DNA from: a virus
IMG/VR virus record: IMGVR_UViG_3300030419_005367
Coordinates: 1 to 64,000 of that record
Strand: one strand, 5' to 3'
Length of the DNA: 64,000 bases
Shown: positions 58,163 through 64,000 of the stretch, in pieces
How positions within the stretch are numbered: position 1 is the first letter of the stretch
How the letters are laid out: every line of letters begins with the position of its first letter
Notes under the pieces: model-generated
Told to the model about the DNA's origin: nothing
What the model saw: the letters and a program-made list of their open reading frames with translations, nothing else
The model's database searches: none
Translations under genes and position numbers: made by a program

Positions 58163-58450
58163 ATGAAATTAGAGCCAAGAAATAGACATCTTCTCATCGA
58201 ACCCATCGTGGAAGAAGAAAAAACAGAAGAAAACACTACGAACATCTTGCTACCAGATGATTACGCGACACCACCAAAACCTTATGCTACAGCTAGGGTC
58301 CTAAGTGTGTCTCCAAGTTGTAATGTTGGAGTTAGCAGAGGAGACAAAGTACTTGTCGAAAACTCAATGGTTCAAAAGATTGAGATTGATGACGATGAGT
58401 TCTATTTAGTGTTAGAAAATTATGTTTACGGAGTTGTGTCGGCTAGATGA
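58163..58450 (+). CDS. groES: GroES-like co-chaperonin
   Basis: LEPRNRHLLIEP, ILLPD mobile loop, ARVLSV, GDKVL, YLVLENYVYG; start reassigned to ATG 58163 (SD AAGGAG). Confidence 0.8.
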   Translation: MKLEPRNRHLLIEPIVEEEKTEENTTNILLPDDYATPPKPYATARVLSVSPSCNVGVSRGDKVLVENSMVQKIEIDDDEFYLVLENYVYGVVSAR

Positions 58451-59112
58451 AGATCACACTGAAAGAAATTAAAGAGCTTGTGGATAAAGAAGTAATTCTT
58501 GAAATCAGATTAAAGAGATGGTTAGAAAACCACTTTAATACGATTGGATTTGCTTCGATAACTTCAGACAGGGGCAATCTTTCCCCAGAAGAAAATAGCA
58601 AGAACTTTACTGAGCTTATGGCCCTTATTCGTGGCGCTGGTTTTGGGTTTGTAAAAACTGAAGGCGGCTGGGAAGAGGATCAAGGCGAAGAGAAACTAGT
58701 CAGTGTAACTGAAAGGAGCTTGATGGTCCCCGGAAAGTCCACAAAGATGGAAGATCCAAAAGAATCTCTTGAAGCCCTTTTTGAGCTTTGTAAAACAATC
58801 TGTGAGATGTACAATCAGGATGCTTTTCTTTTTGGATGGGGGCTTCATCACGAGCACCGTCCAGAAAGCACCGGTGCACCGTTCGCAGCAGTTTATGATC
58901 GAAATGGGAAAGTTCTTTACGGACCTTTCTCAGAAGCGGAAGAAGGGAGTGCTCTGCAAGTATGGTCCAGACTAGTAAAAGGTGAGGACAGAAGAGTTAA
59001 GTTTGCTTTTACTGAATGGACAGCAGCAGATCCACCTAATAATCAATTTGAGGCCATGGGCCGCGCCAGTCAAGGCGAAATCTTTTTAGCAAAACCAAAA
59101 ACAGAGGTATAA
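58447..59112 (+). CDS. hypothetical protein (DUF3293-like) with MKIT..KEL N-terminus
   Basis: ITSDR...EEN....L...I...GF......G.W.E...ERS..V...YNQDA pattern. Confidence 0.55.
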   Translation: MKITLKEIKELVDKEVILEIRLKRWLENHFNTIGFASITSDRGNLSPEENSKNFTELMALIRGAGFGFVKTEGGWEEDQGEEKLVSVTERSLMVPGKSTKMEDPKESLEALFELCKTICEMYNQDAFLFGWGLHHEHRPESTGAPFAAVYDRNGKVLYGPFSEAEEGSALQVWSRLVKGEDRRVKFAFTEWTAADPPNNQFEAMGRASQGEIFLAKPKTEV

Positions 59113-59113
59113 A

Positions 59114-59638
59114 ATGTCTTTAGCAGAATTGCTCTGCGCTGCATATGTCTCATTGGTATTACCCAATGCAGATGTGGCGTGTGAAAATATGGAAACAGTT
59201 GTGGACGTCGCTTTTGAGCACGACGTCGATCCGGCAGTGATGGTGTCTTTGATCTTTATCGAAAGTCGTTGGACCCCAACTGCTCGGAGCCGCTCTAACG
59301 CTTGTGGCTTGACGCAAATCTTGCCAAAATACTCTGGAGGGTATCGAAATCGCTTTGGCAAGAAGCTTACATGTCGACAATTACAGAACCCAAAGACAAG
59401 CATTGAAAGAGGGACAAAGATCTTAAGTTATTATTTGGATCGATATAGGGATTCTTATAAAAGAAGCCTTTGTTCTTATAATGCAGGCTGGTCTCGTTGC
59501 AAAGCCCGCCGCGGCACACATAAGGGATATCGATACGCAGAAAAAGTTATGAGACTTGCAAAACGCCTTGACAAAGAGTCGGAAAAGGTGCAGGCCGAAT
59601 ACTATGATCAAGAAGATATCCCCGGATGTTATGAATAA
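59114..59638 (+). CDS. lytic transglycosylase (SLT domain)
   Basis: IESRW catalytic Glu, ACGLTQI and SYNAG motifs. Confidence 0.88.
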   Translation: MSLAELLCAAYVSLVLPNADVACENMETVVDVAFEHDVDPAVMVSLIFIESRWTPTARSRSNACGLTQILPKYSGGYRNRFGKKLTCRQLQNPKTSIERGTKILSYYLDRYRDSYKRSLCSYNAGWSRCKARRGTHKGYRYAEKVMRLAKRLDKESEKVQAEYYDQEDIPGCYE

Positions 59639-60536
59639 ACATAAATATGAATTTGACGAGGTTGTGATCGGCAACTCTCTAGCTGCTCTAACATATAGTT
59701 ATTTTAATTCAGTACCCTTAATATATAATGAAGAATCTAAGCCTCAATTCTTTGAATTTTTCGATTCTGATTTTGAACTAGATAAGTTACACCTAGAGGC
59801 TGATAATTATGAACTCCGTGGTCTAGAATCTACGAAAGTTGTCGGACACCCCAAACTCAAGGTCTGGGAGCACCTAATGTTCGTTTTGTCCTTGTCTGGT
59901 CACATACCTCTTTCTAATAAAGTGTCGACAATTCGCATAGAAGACGATAATATGTTAAAAATAACAACAAAGAAGTTTAGAGTTATAAGAGTTAAGTTTA
60001 AAAAGTTAAGAATCTTCGACAGCAAAAGTATAGATGGACTACCCATACCAGAAAAGCAAATTTTTAATTTTAAGGTTATTGACTGGGTTGATGTTAAATC
60101 CGGTATGAAACACGACTATGATTATTTTGAAACAGACAATGATTTTGTGAAAGAAGTTTATTTTTACCCTTCGACTAGGTTTGCCGGCTCAAAAGATAGA
60201 AAAGACCTAGTTTCAGTTTCCTATTTAAAAAAGTATCAGCTTGAAAATTTTGAAAACTCAGACACATATGTAAAATTCAAGATTTTAAAATTGATGAAAG
60301 CGGCAGGTATCCGAGGTGCGAGGAACGGCAGGGACTTTAACAATCCAAATAAATATAAATATTATGCTGTAAAAATAGACCCAAAGAAGCGAGAAGTTGA
60401 AAAGATTGAGCGCGACTTTTACGAAAACACTGAATCAATGATTTTCGACTACAGGCCCGCAGAAGAAATTTATGTGGATTCTAAAAAAAAGAACGAATAT
60501 AGTATAAAATTAAATGAACTAATTGTAAAAAAATGA
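59631..60536 (+). CDS. hypothetical protein with degenerate FAD/NAD Rossmann N-terminus
   Basis: FDEVVIGNSLAAL resembles DVVIIGxGxxG; start reassigned to ATG 59631. Confidence 0.5.
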   Translation: MNKHKYEFDEVVIGNSLAALTYSYFNSVPLIYNEESKPQFFEFFDSDFELDKLHLEADNYELRGLESTKVVGHPKLKVWEHLMFVLSLSGHIPLSNKVSTIRIEDDNMLKITTKKFRVIRVKFKKLRIFDSKSIDGLPIPEKQIFNFKVIDWVDVKSGMKHDYDYFETDNDFVKEVYFYPSTRFAGSKDRKDLVSVSYLKKYQLENFENSDTYVKFKILKLMKAAGIRGARNGRDFNNPNKYKYYAVKIDPKKREVEKIERDFYENTESMIFDYRPAEEIYVDSKKKNEYSIKLNELIVKK

Positions 60537-61441
60537 ATGAAGGCGATTTAAAAAAACAGTTTCATCTGGCAGGAGTGGTCCCGATTGCAGGCCCACCACT
60601 GGATTTCGGCTTCCCGTGGCATGATTGCTGCGCTCCGATAGCACAGAATTATCTTGCGATTGAACGCGCTGTTGTTGAGTGTGCATATGCTGGATGTGAG
60701 ACAATATGGATTGTATGTAACGACGATGTACAACCTCTTATTCGTCATCGCTTAGGTGAGTATATAAATGACCCTGTTTGGGCGGTCAGGCCACAAGATC
60801 CAAATGAAATAAACAAAAGAAAACAAATACCAATTTTTTATGTGCCAGTGCACCCTAATGATAGAGATAAAAGAGATTGTTTAGCTTGGTCAGTCCTCTA
60901 TGGCGCTATGTCAGCTTACAGTATAAGCAAAAGAATAAGTAAATGGGTTACACCAGACCGTTTTTATACGGCTTTCCCATATGGCGTCTATCCCGTTGAG
61001 GGCTTAAGAGAAAAGAGGCGTGAGATATCAAGTCGTGAAGGCTTTGCCTTCTCTTATCTCGGCAAAACTATCAAAGATGGAGAATACCTTGGATTTACAT
61101 TTAATTCTGAGCAGTTTATTAAAATTCGTAAATCTTTTAGAAAAAACGCGACCGGAATGTTTAAAAATAGCACGGAGGGCATCCCAAAAGAAAAGCTGCC
61201 AATAGAAGAGAGATATTCAGCTAGATTTTTCTCCCTTCAGGACGTGTTTGGAAGTTTAGAATTTAGCAAAGAACAGATGTTTTGTCTTCCATGGTATTAC
61301 AAGATAGATAATTGGGAAGATTATCGTCAGTTTATGTCTTCTCCTGAATCTAAAGATATAAGCCGACCACCTAAGTATATTTTAGATTATCACGAGTGGA
61401 ATCCAATCGGTGAAGATAATTACATCGAGGAGAACAAATAA
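60533..61441 (+). CDS. nucleotidyltransferase-like (NTP_transferase fold) protein
   Basis: LAGVVPIAG...P..CAPI...AIERAV.ECAYAGCETIWIV resembles sugar-phosphate nucleotidyltransferase N-termini. Confidence 0.5.
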   Translation: MNEGDLKKQFHLAGVVPIAGPPLDFGFPWHDCCAPIAQNYLAIERAVVECAYAGCETIWIVCNDDVQPLIRHRLGEYINDPVWAVRPQDPNEINKRKQIPIFYVPVHPNDRDKRDCLAWSVLYGAMSAYSISKRISKWVTPDRFYTAFPYGVYPVEGLREKRREISSREGFAFSYLGKTIKDGEYLGFTFNSEQFIKIRKSFRKNATGMFKNSTEGIPKEKLPIEERYSARFFSLQDVFGSLEFSKEQMFCLPWYYKIDNWEDYRQFMSSPESKDISRPPKYILDYHEWNPIGEDNYIEENK

Positions 61442-62688
61442 TGGCTGGAACTATCTTAGGAAATAACACTTACATAACAGGATCTTTAGTAATTAGCGGA
61501 TCTTTGGTTGTCAATGAAGATGGGGACGGTACAGCAGGAACAGCGAACACTCAGGTCAAATCAGCCAATCGTGATTATGCTATTCACGTCGATGCGGCAA
61601 ACGATAGAGTTGGATTAGGTTGTTTTGTGGCACCTAACCACAATATAGAGATTCATCACGAAGGTGCGGATGGCGATGAAGGCATTATGCTAATTCGTTA
61701 TGACGGCGCAGTATATCCAGATAACATTTTAGGTGGAATTGGATTTGACTCCGCAGATGGTAATCGCCCGAGCCGAACTGCGGAAGCCTCAGCGTACATA
61801 GCAGGTTATGCTTCTGAACATCACGCAGCAACTGATAAAGGCGGTTATCTTGTTTTTGGAACAGCCCCTGACGACCAAGACGACGATACAACATCTTCTG
61901 AGCGAATGAGAATTACCTCTGCGGGTAATGTAGGTATCGGAACAAGCTCTCCGGGCGAGGCGCTACATATAGCCGGGAATCTTAAAGTTGCTGGAGACGA
62001 TGTTAGAATTAAAATCGACGGAGACACCGACAGCCACCCCGGCCTTGAGTTGTACGAGAGCGGCACGAGAAAATGGATCGTTTTTAACGATTATACTACC
62101 GACAATCTGACATTTAAAACCAACAGCACCACCAGAATGGTAATCGACCAGAACGGTAATGTGGGTATTGCTACAACGAGTCCGAAAGTGCCTCTAGATA
62201 TTTATGAAATGGGCGGCCTCATCCTAGGGACCTCAATCCTTAATAATGGCGGCGCGAGCAGCTATGCAGAGTACGACGTTACCACTAGCATGGTGGTACC
62301 AAATACGAATTGGAAAGTTACATTTACGGCACCTGCAAGTGGGAAAGTGGAGATTCAATTTCAAGGATACTGTCATTCAGACACTAACTCATCTTTTGAC
62401 TTCTTATATCTTGGCTTATCGGATGCGTCTAGTTGGAACTCTTTAGGCACTCGTTTTGTAAAGAAAGTGAGAGTGCCATCCAACGATAGCGCAAGTTCTT
62501 CTCACGAGATAATAACACATAGCTGGTATTTGACTGGCCTCACTGCCGGCACTTCCTACACTTATTATGTGGGAACCGGCGGCAGAACAGCTAGCCATAC
62601 TTGGAAATGGGGAGGGACAGATGAAGCTGAATACCCAGATCTTTTCATCCGCGCAATATCTCTTCCGAACACGATAGCCACAGATTAA
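61441..62688 (+). CDS. fibre/spike-like virion protein
   Basis: DRVGLG, ERMRITSAGNVGIGTSSP and RMVIDQNGNVGIATTSP repeats typical of phage fibres. Confidence 0.7.
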   Translation: MAGTILGNNTYITGSLVISGSLVVNEDGDGTAGTANTQVKSANRDYAIHVDAANDRVGLGCFVAPNHNIEIHHEGADGDEGIMLIRYDGAVYPDNILGGIGFDSADGNRPSRTAEASAYIAGYASEHHAATDKGGYLVFGTAPDDQDDDTTSSERMRITSAGNVGIGTSSPGEALHIAGNLKVAGDDVRIKIDGDTDSHPGLELYESGTRKWIVFNDYTTDNLTFKTNSTTRMVIDQNGNVGIATTSPKVPLDIYEMGGLILGTSILNNGGASSYAEYDVTTSMVVPNTNWKVTFTAPASGKVEIQFQGYCHSDTNSSFDFLYLGLSDASSWNSLGTRFVKKVRVPSNDSASSSHEIITHSWYLTGLTAGTSYTYYVGTGGRTASHTWKWGGTDEAEYPDLFIRAISLPNTIATD

Positions 62689-62692
62689 ATGC

Positions 62693-62721
62693 TTGACTTT
62701 AAATAACTTCTGTGTTAATCT
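62693..62721 (+). promoter_or_regulatory. sigma70-like promoter of dnaE
   Basis: TTGACT-N17-TAATCT with extended TGTG. Confidence 0.6.
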
Positions 62722-62750
62722 AATACTATAAAAATAATTGGAGAACTAAT

Positions 62751-64000
62751 TTGTCTAAAAAGATACCTTTCGTGGGGTTACACGCACACAGTGGCTTGAG
62801 TTTGAACGATGGTCTGGGTTATCCCCAAGATCATATGGATTTTGCTCTTCACAACGGCGGTGACGCTCTGGCTTTAACTGATCACGGCCATATGAACGGC
62901 CTTCCATATCAGGTACTACACGCAAAGAAGCTCAAAGCAGACGGCCATAACTTTAAGCCAGTTTTTGGTGTTGAAGCTTACTTTCTCCCTTCGCTAGATG
63001 TCTGGCGAGATCAATACGAGAAGGCAAAAAATGAAAAAAAGAAGGTAGAAAGAGATATCTCTCTAAGTATCGAGGATGAAAAGGCTTCTAAGCAAAAAGT
63101 TACTAATATTTTGCGAAAAAGAAACCATTTAATTCTCCTCGCACAGAACCAAACCGGTTTGAACAACATATTTAAGCTAGTTTCGGAGAGTTACAAAGAT
63201 GAGAACTTTTATAGATATCCTAGAATGGATTATGATCTGCTTTCTCGGCACAGCGATGGTGTTATTGCTGCCTCTGCTTGTCTTGGTGGAGTATATGCTG
63301 GTAACTATTGGGATAATAAAGATGACGGCGATGAAGCTGTTCTGGAGGCGATGAGAGACACCACTCGTCGAATGAAAGGAATTTTTGGAGACCAATGGTT
63401 TGGTGAAATACAATGGAATAATATTCCAGACCAACACAAACTCAACAAGTATATTATTCAGGTTTGTCATGAGTTTGATGTTGATCTCATTTCTACTGCT
63501 GATAGTCACTATCCTAACCCTGATGCATGGAAGGACCGCGAGTTATATAAACGAATCGGTTGGCTCGGAAAGGGAGGACTCCCAGAGTATATGTCCGCAG
63601 AACTCCCCGGAGGAGTAGAAGAGATTGGGTATGAACTTTATCCAAAGAACGGCGAACAGATGTGGGAGTCTTATCAGAAGTACTCTGAGATGTTGAATAC
63701 AAATTATGATGATGATCTGGTGCGTGACTCAATCGCTCGCACGGATTACATCGCACATGACTTGATCGAAGACTTTATGCCCGATAACGAGGTTCGACTC
63801 CCCAAGTTTGTCGTTCCAGCAGGAAAAACTGATATTCAAGCGTTGACTGAGAATTGTCTCAAGGGGCTTAAAGATAAGAACTTGCAAAGTAAGCAAGAGT
63901 ATGTTGATCGACTCAAAGAAGAGCTTAGAGTTATCAAAGACCGCGGGTTCGCAAAATACTTTTTGACGATGGACGCCATTGCCGATAAAGCCAGTTCAGT
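62751..64000 (+). CDS. dnaE: DNA polymerase III alpha subunit (family C), 3'-truncated by the window
   Basis: Hand translation from TTG 62751 (SD GGAGA): MSKKIPFVGLHAHSGLSLNDG...LALTDHGHMNG...FGVEAY...HLILLAQN...SACLGG...TADSHY, i.e. the PHP domain. Absent from the ORF track because no stop occurs in the window. Confidence 0.93.
   Translation, partial: MSKKIPFVGLHAHSGLSLNDGLGYPQDHMDFALHNGGDALALTDHGHMNGLPYQVLHAKKLKADGHNFKPVFGVEAYFLPSLDVWRDQYEKAKNEKKKVERDISLSIEDEKASKQKVTNILRKRNHLILLAQNQTGLNNIFKLVSESYKDENFYRYPRMDYDLLSRHSDGVIAASACLGGVYAGNYWDNKDDGDEAVLEAMRDTTRRMKGIFGDQWFGEIQWNNIPDQHKLNKYIIQVCHEFDVDLISTADSHYPNPDAWKDRELYKRIGWLGKGGLPEYMSAELPGGVEEIGYELYPKNGEQMWESYQKYSEMLNTNYDDDLVRDSIARTDYIAHDLIEDFMPDNEVRLPKFVVPAGKTDIQALTENCLKGLKDKNLQSKQEYVDRLKEELRVIKDRGFAKYFLTMDAIADKASS

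Noticed and set aside
59568-59596. TTGACA as a sigma70 promoter
   Set aside because: No -10 element at 16-18 nt spacing.
63177-63756. Short ORFs listed at the end of the ORF track
   Set aside because: They overlap the open dnaE frame starting at 62751, which the track missed.
1-64000. Stop-codon reassignment as seen in some large phages
   Set aside because: Conserved genes are full length in code 11, and TAA, TAG and TGA all terminate genes at sensible positions.
1-64000. tRNA genes, introns, inteins, homing endonucleases, integrase
   Set aside because: No cloverleaf or T-loop consensus was seen in the short spacers. Terminase, RecA, helicase and RNR are uninterrupted and of normal length. 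Judged by eye only.

Overview
This 64 kb window is a fragment of a large, T4-related contractile-tailed (myovirus) bacteriophage genome. All credible genes lie on the + strand in the standard genetic code, mostly with strong Shine-Dalgarno sites. Gene order: baseplate/collar proteins; RuvC, primase and a fused Mre11-Rad50 (SbcD-SbcC); a putative lysis cassette; two long repeat-built tail fibres with C-terminal autocleaving chaperone domains; a T4-like head module (terminase, portal, prohead protease, scaffold, major capsid) that contains a phage ribosomal protein bS21; neck, sheath, tube, tail chaperone, tape measure and baseplate genes; then a replication block (mini PolA, MazG-like enzyme, tubulin/FtsZ-like protein, gp32-like SSB, RecA, 5'-3' exonuclease, DnaB-like helicase, class II RNR, GroES, lytic transglycosylase) ending in a DnaE that runs off the window and is absent from the ORF track. 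Two promoter classes are visible: sigma70-like TTGAC(A/T)-N17-TAnnnT before replication genes and ACTATTTA(T) before structural genes. The most interesting observations are: (1) an apparently unannotated ~92 nt three-way-junction RNA with complementary kissing loops just after the capsid gene; (2) a likely +1 programmed frameshift joining gp26-like and gp51-like tail chaperones; (3) a strongly enriched (S/T)-(G/A/S)-S tripeptide in tail, neck and baseplate proteins, a possible modification sequon; (4) Cys-rich micropeptides flanking the prohead protease; (5) a divergent tubulin in a T4-like phage. All product calls come from motif recognition by eye; no database searches or folding programs were run.
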